A stretch of 64,000 nt of DNA from Candidatus Spongiisociaceae bacterium (GCA_965219685.1 CBDCOH010000002.1:1760001-1824000); one strand, 5' to 3'. Counted from the first letter of the stretch, positions 29,635 through 39,186 are shown. Numbers and translations: made by a program. The notes: generated by a model from the letters alone, not told the origin.

Positions 29635-30489
29635 GTGAAGATCTCATACAATCCCTATCAAATCAGGTCCACACCACTCGACGGACTCGGCGACGTGACC
29701 GCCGGTTTCGGCTATCGATACATGGACCTCTCACCACGGGAAGACCTTATCCCTCTGTACTCGCATCCTCGAGCCGGCCGCCGACAGATCGCTGCCCTGC
29801 GGAGGTCACTCGAGGCGGCAGGCGTCGAGCTCACCGCTCTCTACGGCCTCTTCAAGTGGTCGAGCGCAGACGAGGACGAACGAGCCGGCGGGTCACGGTA
29901 TATGAGGCGTACGATCGAGATCTCCGCAGAACTCGGATGCCCGGTCGTATGCACCGAGTTCGGAACGAGCAGGAATACACGATATGTAAGTGAGAATCAA
30001 TTCTGGCGGTCCATGGATGAAACGCTGCCTATCCTCGAACGTAATGGAATCGAGTTGAGGATCGAGCCGCATCCCGACGACTTTGTGGAGGACCACTACC
30101 ACGGCGTCGACATGGTCCGTGCTATCGACTCCCCCTATGTGACCTATCTCTACTGTGTCCCCCACACTCACTATCTCGGACGTGACATAGCGGCAATGAT
30201 CCGATACGCCGGGGACACCCTTACCCACGTCCACGCCGCGGACACCTTCCATCCGAGCCGCTACATCGCGAATCCATCCGATACCGATGTTCGCCTCCAT
30301 CAACACCTGGACATCGGCCAGGGAGACATCGACTTCGACGCTCTCTTCTCATCCTTGGCGGAGATCGGATTCGACGGGGTTACCTCCAGCTGCGTGACGG
30401 CTTGGACCGAGAGAGCCGAAGAATCCGCTCGCTCCATGCTCCACGAGATCGCCGGCTACGCCACCAAGTACGGCCTGGAGATCGAATGA
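29635..30489 (+). CDS. Sugar-phosphate isomerase/epimerase (IolH-like TIM barrel)
   Basis: LSPRED..P..SHPRA, EPHPDDFVE, YCVPH, HAADT, HQHLDIGQGDIDF. Confidence 0.85.
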   Translation: MKISYNPYQIRSTPLDGLGDVTAGFGYRYMDLSPREDLIPLYSHPRAGRRQIAALRRSLEAAGVELTALYGLFKWSSADEDERAGGSRYMRRTIEISAELGCPVVCTEFGTSRNTRYVSENQFWRSMDETLPILERNGIELRIEPHPDDFVEDHYHGVDMVRAIDSPYVTYLYCVPHTHYLGRDIAAMIRYAGDTLTHVHAADTFHPSRYIANPSDTDVRLHQHLDIGQGDIDFDALFSSLAEIGFDGVTSSCVTAWTERAEESARSMLHEIAGYATKYGLEIE

Positions 30490-31055
30490 GCAGACACCCG
30501 ATGAAACAAGACCCGGACACCACCTTGTGGATGTCACGTGTGCAAGACACCCTCCGTCACCTCGAGGACTTGCAGCACGATACATACGAAGGCGCCGAGT
30601 CACGGACAGATAGGGAGGTCATCTTTCGACGCGCTTTTGATCTCGTAACACCGGTCGCAGTACGCGTTCTCAGCGATATCAACGAGTGGTTGCTCGGGGG
30701 GGAAGGCACCATCGAGACGAAGCCGCCTCACGACGACAACGCAGGAGGGCTAAAGGGCGAGTGGACGATCACGTGGCCCCGACTGGAGAGCGCCATCAAC
30801 AAGTACACCGGGCTTGGTCTTGATCCCGTACGCCTCATTGCTGTGTTCCCCGCCGGATGGACCCACGGCCACTTCGAGCGCCCACACGCCGGTTTTCCCA
30901 CCGATGTGACCGCTTGGCCCATGCAAATCACGACAGAAGAGGATGCGGAGCGACAGGAACCGGTCCTCCGAGTGATCGCGGAGACAGAGCTTCACGAGCG
31001 GATCTACCAGGCATCCGGAGATTGGCGGCTAACGCTACCGTTGTCCGAGTCATGA
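30486..31055 (+). CDS. Hypothetical protein
   Basis: ATGA overlap with the upstream gene; protein-like composition; within the operon. Confidence 0.75.
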   Translation: MSRHPMKQDPDTTLWMSRVQDTLRHLEDLQHDTYEGAESRTDREVIFRRAFDLVTPVAVRVLSDINEWLLGGEGTIETKPPHDDNAGGLKGEWTITWPRLESAINKYTGLGLDPVRLIAVFPAGWTHGHFERPHAGFPTDVTAWPMQITTEEDAERQEPVLRVIAETELHERIYQASGDWRLTLPLSES

Positions 31056-31072
31056 CCAGATAGGAGTTCGTC

Positions 31073-31486
31073 GTGAAGGTGTGGAACAACGGGGCCAAAG
31101 TGCGGGATATAGATCGTGAGATCGCGTTCTTCGAGGCAATGGGCGGCTCCGTCGTGCTCGACGAGGAATTCGAGTGGGACAGGGAGCGGGTCCGGGTCCC
31201 GCTGCTTCGAGTGGGCGACAAATACCTCCACATCATGAAACGTATGGTGTACGAGAACCAACTCGCTGCACCACTCGCACACGGACTGCAGCACATCGTG
31301 TACGAGGTGGACTCCCTTGGGGACTACCGGGAGCGTGCGTTGCGCGCCGGCGCTAGCGAGACCATGCCGGTCAAGCACGTCGAAGCCGGCTTCGGCGAGC
31401 GTGACGTCGGCTTCTTCACCTCCCCGGGCGGCATCAGGTTCGAGCTCATCCAAGTATACGAGCACCGCGTTCCCGAGCTGCCATGA
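31073..31486 (+). CDS. VOC/glyoxalase family protein
   Basis: GLQHIVYEVDSL and FFTSPGGIRFELIQ; GGAG RBS. Confidence 0.85.
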   Translation: MKVWNNGAKVRDIDREIAFFEAMGGSVVLDEEFEWDRERVRVPLLRVGDKYLHIMKRMVYENQLAAPLAHGLQHIVYEVDSLGDYRERALRAGASETMPVKHVEAGFGERDVGFFTSPGGIRFELIQVYEHRVPELP

Positions 31487-32694
31487 CCGGCAGTGTTACG
31501 GGAGTCCAGCGCTTACCTCGCATCGGGGTTGTCGGAACCGGCGTGGCGGCCATGCTCATCCACATCCCCGCCATCCGGGACAGCGACCACTTCCGGCTCG
31601 AGGCGGTCTGCGACACCGATCCGTCGCGGCTGGCATCTACGCCGGGGACGCATCTGCGCAGGTATGGCTCCGTCGCTGACATGGCGGACGATCCGGACAT
31701 CGACGCGGTGGTCGTGTGCACACCCCCCGAGACCCACTTCGACATTGCCGCCCGCATCATCGCTGCGGGAAAGCACGTTCTCATGGAGAAGCCGATGACC
31801 AGGACGGCGGAGGAGGCGGCCGAGCTGGCGCGTCGTGCCCGGGCGGCCGGCGTCGAACTGCGGGTTGCGCACGAGCGCCGTTTCCAACCTACCTGCGAAC
31901 GCATTCGCGAGCTTCTCAGGGAAGGATCGATCGGGACCCCCTTCTACTGCGGAGTTCACTGGGCAACCAACGTGAAGCTCGATCCGAGTCGCTTCATCCC
32001 CGAAGACGCGGGCGGCGCATTCGGCGCCGGATACCGCTGGCGCTGGTCGAGCCCCCACAGCGGCGGCGGGGTGCTCCAGGACCACCTGCCCCACTACGTG
32101 GACCTGATGCGTGACTGGACCGGTCAGGAGCCGGTCGCCGTGATGGCCGACACGAAAAACGTCGCTCGCGACCTCAAGGGTTGGTCGTCCGACGATTCGA
32201 GATGGGAGGATATGGGAGTCGCCGTCATCCGATTCTCGGCCGGCTTGACCCTCCGCCTCGAATGCTCTGTGATCGGGAGGGTGCTGTCACCTCTATGGGG
32301 TGCGGCGACCGGCATAGGCGAGTGGTCGGAGTGGGGATACGTCATGGGCAGCGAAGGTCAGCTGGTCTTCGACTTCCTGTCGCTTCACGCGTCCGAGCAG
32401 GGGAAGATCGCCGTGTGGCGCTCGCCGGCCGCCGGTCCCCGGGGTACCGGATGGACGATGATCGAACAGCCCGAGCCCGACCGCATCCGAGGGTCTGCGC
32501 CGAGCGGAGCGGCCAAGGACATGTTCGTCGGCCAGGTACGGGAATTCGCTAGGGCCATCAGAGGCGAAGCCAACCGGTCACCCGATGCCTACGACGGCGG
32601 AATCTGCGTGGCCGTGATCGAGGCTGCTTACGAGGCAGCGGAGACCGACCGCACCGTCGAGATCGGATTCACTATCCCGGGCGGAGACAGATGA
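31483..32694 (+). CDS. Gfo/Idh/MocA family oxidoreductase
   Basis: IGVVGTG, CTPPETH, GKHVLMEKP, GGGVLQDHLPHYVD. Confidence 0.93.
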   Translation: MTGSVTGVQRLPRIGVVGTGVAAMLIHIPAIRDSDHFRLEAVCDTDPSRLASTPGTHLRRYGSVADMADDPDIDAVVVCTPPETHFDIAARIIAAGKHVLMEKPMTRTAEEAAELARRARAAGVELRVAHERRFQPTCERIRELLREGSIGTPFYCGVHWATNVKLDPSRFIPEDAGGAFGAGYRWRWSSPHSGGGVLQDHLPHYVDLMRDWTGQEPVAVMADTKNVARDLKGWSSDDSRWEDMGVAVIRFSAGLTLRLECSVIGRVLSPLWGAATGIGEWSEWGYVMGSEGQLVFDFLSLHASEQGKIAVWRSPAAGPRGTGWTMIEQPEPDRIRGSAPSGAAKDMFVGQVREFARAIRGEANRSPDAYDGGICVAVIEAAYEAAETDRTVEIGFTIPGGDR

Positions 32695-33617
32695 CTGCGA
32701 CACCCATGCTCAAGGAGCTTCTGGGCCGGGGAAGGCCGGTCTGGATCATGGGCGCTCACGACGTGGTGTCCGCCAAGATCGTCGAGGACGCCGGGTTCGA
32801 CGCCGTTGGAATCCAGTCTCTGCAGATCGCAATGGTGGAGGGCCTGCCGGATATCGGGTTGATCACGCCGGACTACGTTGTCGATCTTTGTCGCCGCGTG
32901 CGCCGCGCCGTCGACATCCCGATCGTCGTCGATTTCGAGCAGGGCTTCGGGGAGCCATACGCAGCAGTCCATTGGATGAGGGAGTTCGAAGCTGCCGGAG
33001 TCTCAGCAGTGCATATCGACGACTACGGACTCCCATACAAGTGCACCTTCTTCCCACCACACACCATGGGTCTAGAGTCCGTGGACGAAACGGCGGCCAA
33101 GATCCGGGCGATGGTGTCAGAGCGGTCCAACCCGGACTTCATGGTCATCGGTCGTCCCGGCACCTACGTCGCCACCGTCCACGACAACGAAGAGGAGCGG
33201 CGTCGTGATTGGCTGGTGCGTGCCGAGCGTTACTTGGAAGCAGGGTCGGACGCCCTGTTCGCCATCTGCCCGACCGTGGAGTCGGCCAGGTATTTCAGGC
33301 AGGCGGTAGACGCACCCCTGATGACGATCAGAACTCTCGGCACCGAGATGCACGACGAGATCTTCCACTACGAAGAGCCGATCGTCGGATTGTCGATCGA
33401 CGAGATATACGGGCTGGGCTACGAGATGTTCATCGAGCCGACGACGCTGCTCGGCCCGGCGATCAACGCCATGGTCGCGGCCGCAGCCTCAGTCAAGGCA
33501 ACAGGTCGATCGGATTCGGTGTCGGAAGAGCACGGCGAGTTGCAAGAGTTGCTGACGCGATGGGCCGATGCCTCCACCCTGGCTCGATTCACCCAGCAGT
33601 ATTACACAGACGTGTGA
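32691..33617 (+). CDS. Isocitrate lyase/PEP mutase superfamily enzyme (PrpB-like C-C lyase, divergent)
   Basis: GAHDVVSAKIVEDAGF, GLPDIG, VDFEQGFG, HIDD...PYKCTF. Confidence 0.88.
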   Translation: MTATPMLKELLGRGRPVWIMGAHDVVSAKIVEDAGFDAVGIQSLQIAMVEGLPDIGLITPDYVVDLCRRVRRAVDIPIVVDFEQGFGEPYAAVHWMREFEAAGVSAVHIDDYGLPYKCTFFPPHTMGLESVDETAAKIRAMVSERSNPDFMVIGRPGTYVATVHDNEEERRRDWLVRAERYLEAGSDALFAICPTVESARYFRQAVDAPLMTIRTLGTEMHDEIFHYEEPIVGLSIDEIYGLGYEMFIEPTTLLGPAINAMVAAAASVKATGRSDSVSEEHGELQELLTRWADASTLARFTQQYYTDV

Positions 33618-33665
33618 GCAGCAGCGGCTCAGCCGTACGCAGGCGTAATCGATGAGGAAGGGTTG

Positions 33666-34457
33666 ATGGATACAGGACTAGCTGGGAAGACAGCACTGGT
33701 CACCGGTGGCGGTACCGGCATCGGGCTGGCAATCGCTTCGGCGCTGGCGGACGAGGGCGTGAACGTGGCCGTGGCGAGTCGCACCGAACGGCCGGAGACG
33801 CTGAGAGTACTGCGCGAGAAGGGAGTTCGTGCTTCCTGGTTCCGGACTGATGTTGGAAACGAAGCCGACATCGTTTCCACCGTTGCTGCAATCCTCTCAG
33901 GCTTCGGGCGTATCGATCTGATCGTCAGCAATGCTGCGCAAACGCACCACGAGCCGATCACCCGCATAACCGCGAGCAGGTGGGAGACCACACTCGCCAC
34001 AAATCTGTCGGGATGCGTGTTTCTGTGTCGCGAGGCACTGAGCCACATGATTCGCGCCGGTCGGGGCAGCGTCCTCGTCATCGGCTCCACGGCGGCCCAT
34101 GTCCCTTTGTACAAGGAATCGGCGTACCGAGCGTCGAAGGCGGGACTCAAGGCGATCGTCGAAGTCATGGCAATCGAGACCGCACCTTATGGCATCCGGG
34201 TGAACCTTCTCACCCCGGGAGCCTTTCCTACCGCGCTGCTCAAGGATCTCCCCGATGGCCAAATCGACGGCAGGTACTTTCCGATGGGTCGAATGGGAAG
34301 GTTCGAGGAAATCGGAGCGGCGGCCGTCTTCCTCCTCTCCGACGCCCTCAGCGGCTACACGACAGGCACCGAACTGGTCGTCGACGGAGGTTACCGACTC
34401 CGGCCGATGGACCTATATAGCGCCGATGAGCTACGGGATCTCAACTCCGGCGAGTGA
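33666..34457 (+). CDS. SDR family oxidoreductase
   Basis: TGGGTGIG, SNAA, YRASK, VVDGG. Confidence 0.93.
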   Translation: MDTGLAGKTALVTGGGTGIGLAIASALADEGVNVAVASRTERPETLRVLREKGVRASWFRTDVGNEADIVSTVAAILSGFGRIDLIVSNAAQTHHEPITRITASRWETTLATNLSGCVFLCREALSHMIRAGRGSVLVIGSTAAHVPLYKESAYRASKAGLKAIVEVMAIETAPYGIRVNLLTPGAFPTALLKDLPDGQIDGRYFPMGRMGRFEEIGAAAVFLLSDALSGYTTGTELVVDGGYRLRPMDLYSADELRDLNSGE

Positions 34458-34479
34458 ACCGGGCTGACCTATAAACGCC

Positions 34480-34891
34480 GGCAGCCGGGAGGGGCCTCAA
34501 CCTGGGGATCCTCTTCCCCGACGAGCACGACTGGCAGGTCACCGCCAACTGGGTGACCCGCAACCTCCGGGCCTACGGACTGTCGGACGTGGTGAGCGAC
34601 ATCGCCTTCGTACCGATGCACGTCGAGGGTGAGGACAGCCTGATCGGCAACATGGATGTGACCGCCGAGATCGTCCAGGACCGGTTCCGCCGCCAACTCC
34701 ACGAACACGCCGTACCGGCCGCCAGGGCCATGCTCGAGCGGGGACCCGTGGACGCCATCCTCTTCGGCTGCACCATATGGGGTGGCATGATCCGGGAGGT
34801 GGACCACTTGATCGACGCGGTATGCATCGACCCGATGGTCGCGTCACTCCACCTCGCCGAAGCTCAGGTAAGGATGACGAAGCTGGCCTGA
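34480..34891 (+). pseudogene. 5'-truncated racemase copy (right copy of the 412-bp direct repeat)
   Basis: Homology to 22142-22553 begins abruptly mid-gene; lacks the first catalytic Cys. Confidence 0.93.
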
Positions 34892-35051
34892 GGATGACCC
34901 CTCGCGGCGACGTCCGGTTGGCTGGGGGTTGAGAGACGCGGGAACTTACCTCTGATCGGGGCCGAATAGCGCGCCGCCATGCCTTCACGCGGCACATGTG
35001 GGAGCCTCGCAGAAGGTTGCGCGGTACCCGGAGTGGTCACCTACGGCCCGT

Positions 35052-35225
35052 CTAGCTCCCGTTCACGATCGCATTCGTAGTGGCGGCGGTCGTAGCGATT
35101 CCCGCCAGGATCGCACCGACCAGCCAGCGGATAAACCGGTTTATCGCCTGCTCGAAGCGCAACTCCGCAGTCGCCAGAGCTTCCCGGGCCTTGGCGTCGG
35201 CATAACCCTCCGTTGCAGATGTCAT
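35052..35225 (-). CDS. Small protein (57 aa), helical/coiled-coil with C-terminal hydrophobic anchor; not in ORF track
   Basis: MTSATEGYADAKAREALATAELRFEQAINRFIRWLVGAILAGIATTAATTNAIVNGS*; GAGGGGGG upstream; homologous to 3022..3204. Confidence 0.75.
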   Translation of the reverse strand: MTSATEGYADAKAREALATAELRFEQAINRFIRWLVGAILAGIATTAATTNAIVNGS

Positions 35226-35335
35226 GCTGCTATACCCCCCTCTTGATGTCTCTCTATCGTAACCTATCGCACAGATCAGATCAATCCCGAGTCACACGGC
35301 GGGAGACCGGAGCGCGACAGGGCCGGTGGTGGACC

Positions 35336-36343
35336 TCAACTTCCGCTATTCGGAAGGGGGCCCGGCACTGAACGACTTCCTTCGTCCCTCAAGCGACGGT
35401 CCGATTCGAGCTTCATCAGCTCGCGGTCGCGCCATCGCAGGTGATCTTCCCGCTGTGCCGAGGGGAACCGGGTTTCGAGATCCTCGGCTACTCGCTCGAT
35501 GACTTCCTCGGTCCACGGGTTGTCGCTACCGCGAGCCACCGCCATGCGCGAGTAGGCCGCTCCCACCGTCCGTGCATGAGCACGGATCCCACCCCGGGTA
35601 TTCAACTCGGCGGTGGTGAGAGGCCCGATTATCGACCAGCGGCGGCCCAGCCCCTCGGTTACCACCCGGTCTAGATCCGCGGGGGCGATCACGCCATCTC
35701 TCACCAGGCACAACGCCTCCCGTAGAACGGCGCCCTGCAGCCGGTTGAACACAAGGCATTCGATCTCGCGCCGGATGGTGACCGGGACCATTCCGGCCTC
35801 CGCCAGCAGGTGGCTGACGGACTCGACCGCATCCGGATCTGTGAACGGAGCGGGGGCGACCTCCACCACCTTGACCAGGTACGGGGGATTGCCGGGATGG
35901 ACGAGAAGGCAGCGCGCCCTCCCTCCTAGGTCCGAGGCGATGTCGGAGATGGTCATGCTGGACGACGAACTGGCCAGAGTCGTTCCGGCATCCGCAATGG
36001 AATCGAGCCGCCTGAAGAGTTCCACCTTCAGATCGAGCGACTCGGGAACGCACTCCTGGACATGCTTGGCTCCATCGAGCACCGAGGCAAGGTCAGCCCC
36101 GACTCCGACCCGGGTTATGACATCCTCCGGATCCTCGGGCAGGAGACCGTGCTCGTCCAGCTCGGCCAAGCGCGAAGCCAACTCGGAAGGTATGGCCCGG
36201 CGGCGGCCACCGACGGGCTCGTAGACGGCTACGTCGAACCCTGCCCGGGCGAACATGATCGCCCACCCGACCCCGATCTGACCGCCACCCACGATGGCGA
36301 TCCGGTGGTCGCCGGGCTCCCCCGACCGATCGCCGGGATTCAC
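35336..36343 (-). CDS. 3-hydroxyacyl-CoA dehydrogenase family (lambda-crystallin/L-gulonate 3-dehydrogenase-like)
   Basis: GGGQIG, QECVPESLDLK, LASSSS, HPGNPPYL, FNRLQGA. Confidence 0.88.
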   Translation of the reverse strand: MNPGDRSGEPGDHRIAIVGGGQIGVGWAIMFARAGFDVAVYEPVGGRRRAIPSELASRLAELDEHGLLPEDPEDVITRVGVGADLASVLDGAKHVQECVPESLDLKVELFRRLDSIADAGTTLASSSSSMTISDIASDLGGRARCLLVHPGNPPYLVKVVEVAPAPFTDPDAVESVSHLLAEAGMVPVTIRREIECLVFNRLQGAVLREALCLVRDGVIAPADLDRVVTEGLGRRWSIIGPLTTAELNTRGGIRAHARTVGAAYSRMAVARGSDNPWTEEVIERVAEDLETRFPSAQREDHLRWRDRELMKLESDRRLRDEGSRSVPGPLPNSGS

Positions 36344-36353
36344 ACTCGTGGTT

Positions 36354-37289
36354 TCACCCCAGTCCTAGCGAGGCGCACACACCGTCGAGCTGGTCGATCA
36401 ACACCTTCATCTCAGACACCCGGCGCTGTCCTTCCGCGCCGAGCTCCGGGAAGGTGGTGAGGGGCGCCCTCACATCACCCATCGGGTGGCCGACCAGCGC
36501 AGCCAGGGCCTTGGAGTAGCACTGGTGCCCGTAGGTGGGATGCCCGGCCGCGATGATGTGGTCGATCCGGTCGATCAGGCGCCAGATGGACCGGGCGTCG
36601 TCGATACGGCCCGCTTCGAGCAACTCGAAGATGCGGCCCGACGCCAGCGGGAGGTAGTTGCCGTACGGGTTGACGTACCCGATCGCTCCGAGCAGGTAGG
36701 AGTCGACGACCCACTCCCCCGCGTACACCTTCATCCGTCCGTCCGTGGCCTCTATGACCTCCCTAACACGTGAGAGGTGCAGGCTCGACTCCTTGATGTA
36801 CTGGATGCTCTCCAGGTTGTTGCAGAGCCTCGCCACCAGAGCCGCCGACATGTCCACGTTCGAGGTGACGGGATTGTTGTACAGCATGACGGGGATGGAG
36901 ATCGCCGCGTCGATGGCCGCGTAGTAGTTGAAGATCTCGTCGTCGGTGGGCGTGTAGTAGTAGGGGGGGATGATCATCACCCCGTCGGCGCCCTGCGCCT
37001 CGGCCTCGCGGCTGTAGCGGACCGCGTTGGGCGTGTGGGCGTTCATCGTGCCGATGATCACGGGAATCCGGCCGTTGATGTGATTGACGTAGGTGTCTAC
37101 GAGCAGCCGGCGCTCCTCGTCGTTCACGGTCAGGAACTCACCCGTGCTTCCCAGCGCGATAACCCCCGGTACGCCGACATCCAACTGCCAGTCGAGGAAG
37201 TCCTTCAACGCACCGACATCGATCGCCGAGCCATCCTGGGTGAAGGGAGTGACCGTCACCGTGTAGCTGCCCCGAAATTCCTTGGCCAT
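36354..37289 (-). CDS. Dihydrodipicolinate synthase family aldolase/deaminase
   Basis: TPF, LGSTGEF, PPYYY, MLYNNP, YIKESS. Confidence 0.92.
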   Translation of the reverse strand: MAKEFRGSYTVTVTPFTQDGSAIDVGALKDFLDWQLDVGVPGVIALGSTGEFLTVNDEERRLLVDTYVNHINGRIPVIIGTMNAHTPNAVRYSREAEAQGADGVMIIPPYYYTPTDDEIFNYYAAIDAAISIPVMLYNNPVTSNVDMSAALVARLCNNLESIQYIKESSLHLSRVREVIEATDGRMKVYAGEWVVDSYLLGAIGYVNPYGNYLPLASGRIFELLEAGRIDDARSIWRLIDRIDHIIAAGHPTYGHQCYSKALAALVGHPMGDVRAPLTTFPELGAEGQRRVSEMKVLIDQLDGVCASLGLG

Positions 37290-37297
37290 TTTTCCTC

Positions 37298-37339
37298 CAG
37301 TTGCCGGTTGCCAGTGGTCAGTGGTCAGTTGCCGGTTGA
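37298..37339. repeat. Heptamer array, six units (CAGTTGC/CGGTTGC/CAGTGGT)
   Basis: Read directly; the reverse complement abuts the GGAGG RBS of the DHDPS-like gene. Confidence 0.85.
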
Positions 37340-37419
37340 CTCTAACTCACCGCCTACCTGACCGCCGCTCTGTTCGGCCTCCTCGCTCCCACCACCAGCC
37401 ACGAAACCCCTGCCACTGG

Positions 37420-39150
37420 CTACTTCCCACCGACCACCGAGTCAGCTACTTCGGATATGAACACGGGGCGGACCGGGGCTTGGGGGGCGAACCCGGAGAA
37501 CTCGTGGGGAGCGATACCGCTCGCCTCCGCGGCCAGCGCTAGCACCGACGGGCTGCAGTAACGCCCCTGGCACTTGCCCATACCTGCCCTGGTCAGCCGT
37601 TTCGCAGCCCCCGCAGTGCCCGCACCAACACCGAACGAGCTGCGCAACTCACCGAGAGGAACCGATTCGCATCTGCATACCAGGGTGGTATCGCGGGCTA
37701 ACTGCGTCGTCAGGGGCTCGGCCCGGTACAGGTTCTCGAGATGCCGCTGGAACCTGGTGTGGCGGCGCAATAGGCGGCGCCCGGCGTCCCGGATGGACGT
37801 TCCCTCCTCGCCGGCCATACCGGCGTCGGCCAGGATGTCGGCGGCCGCCAGCGAGCCCAGCGCTCCGGCGACATAGGCGCCCTTGACACCCCCGGCATCG
37901 CCGACGACCCACACCGAGGGAACCGAAGTACGACCGGTGCCGCTCCGGGTGACGACCAGGTTCCCGGAGCGCTGATCGACGTGGTGGTCGCAACCCAGCG
38001 CCCGGGATATCTCGTTGGCGGGCACGAACCCGTATCCGAGGCACACCGCGTCGGCTGCAATCTCCCGCTCGGTGCCGATGCGGTGGCCGGACGGATCGAG
38101 GCGGGCGACCACCGCGGCCTCCACTCTTCCGTCTCCCAACACCTCGACGACCGAACTCCGGTCGATCACCGGTACACGAGCCCGGGCCAGGGTCACCCGG
38201 TATTCGAATCCCTTGCGCACCAGCTCGGGCGCCGACAGGAGCATTCCGATCCCGGACCGCCAGTTCTTCCACCCGCGCAGGTCGGCCTGTTCCACCAGGG
38301 CGGGCACCGTGACTCCCGACCGCACCAACTCGGCTGCCACCTGCATGTTGAGGGGACCGTTCCCCGACAGCAGCACCCGCTGCCCGGGCGCCACCTGACT
38401 GGAGCGGAGGAGGGTCTGGGCGGCGCCCGTGGTCATCACACCGGGAAGGGTCCAGCCGGGGATCGGGACCGCCCGCTCGTGCGCTCCGGTGGCGAGCACT
38501 AGGCGTTCCGGCCTCAGAACCCACGAGCAACCGTCGCTGCGGGCGGTGAGCAGGTCGGGCCGGAAGGCTCCCCAGATCGTCACCCCGTTGATCACCCGGA
38601 CCCCGGCTTCCCTCACCCTCTGCACGAGGGCGCGCCCGGCGCGGTACTGGGAATCGAGGCGCCCTTCCTCGATATCCCGGTCCGGGGCGGGCTGCTTGTA
38701 GAACTGGCCCCCGAGCTTGGAACGCTCGTCCATCAGCACGACCTCCACGCCCGCTTCCGCAATCGTCGCCGCGGCCGTGAGCCCGGCCGGCCCCCCACCC
38801 ACGACGAGGACCGGCGGCGACAGATCTCGTACCTCAGATGCCCCGCCACCGGGAACGGGCGTCTCGACCCTGGTAGGTTGGAGCCCGACGGCCATCCTGT
38901 CAGCGGCCGCGACCATGCAAGCCAGCCGGCCCGGGTCGCCGTCGACGACGACCGCGCACTCGTGGCACGCCCCCATGCCACAGAAGACTCCCCGATGCCC
39001 CCCTTCGTTGGATTCCCTGAGGGCCAGATGGCCGGCCGCGGTCAGCGCGGCGGCCAGGGTGTCACCCGCAGCCGCCTCCACGGTCCGGCCGTCGTAGCTG
39101 ATCCGGAGCGTCCCCTCCGGTTCGGCGACCCCCGGGACGCCAACCCGCAT
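37420..39150 (-). CDS. Fused 2Fe-2S + FAD/NAD oxidoreductase + BFD-like subunit (OoxA/HcnAB/D-hydroxyproline dehydrogenase alpha-gamma type)
   Basis: FCGMGACHEC...LACM; GGGPAG; ATGAHER..PGWTLPGV; CRCE...TRAGMGKCQGRYC. Confidence 0.88.
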   Translation of the reverse strand: MRVGVPGVAEPEGTLRISYDGRTVEAAAGDTLAAALTAAGHLALRESNEGGHRGVFCGMGACHECAVVVDGDPGRLACMVAAADRMAVGLQPTRVETPVPGGGASEVRDLSPPVLVVGGGPAGLTAAATIAEAGVEVVLMDERSKLGGQFYKQPAPDRDIEEGRLDSQYRAGRALVQRVREAGVRVINGVTIWGAFRPDLLTARSDGCSWVLRPERLVLATGAHERAVPIPGWTLPGVMTTGAAQTLLRSSQVAPGQRVLLSGNGPLNMQVAAELVRSGVTVPALVEQADLRGWKNWRSGIGMLLSAPELVRKGFEYRVTLARARVPVIDRSSVVEVLGDGRVEAAVVARLDPSGHRIGTEREIAADAVCLGYGFVPANEISRALGCDHHVDQRSGNLVVTRSGTGRTSVPSVWVVGDAGGVKGAYVAGALGSLAAADILADAGMAGEEGTSIRDAGRRLLRRHTRFQRHLENLYRAEPLTTQLARDTTLVCRCESVPLGELRSSFGVGAGTAGAAKRLTRAGMGKCQGRYCSPSVLALAAEASGIAPHEFSGFAPQAPVRPVFISEVADSVVGGK

Positions 39151-39186
39151 GGCGGAGATCAGTCTCTCGTCAGCGGAGGCCGCTCT

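Noticed and set aside
32691-33617. PEP mutase plus TPP decarboxylase as a phosphonate biosynthesis cluster
   Set aside because: Lacks the PEP mutase EDKxxxxxNS motif; the TPP enzyme is acetolactate-synthase-like and the context is catabolic
22554-34479. Prophage or ICE
   Set aside because: No integrase, relaxase, conjugation or phage structural genes between the repeats
36354-37289. Housekeeping dapA (also 47044..47976)
   Set aside because: Catabolic context and motif variants (GSTGE; GVMGE with QD replacing the catalytic Tyr) indicate non-DapA family members
37420-39150. HCN synthase next to glycine metabolism genes
   Set aside because: The fold is shared with opine, proline and hydroxyproline dehydrogenases; no contiguous hcnABC, and the GcvP glycine motifs are altered
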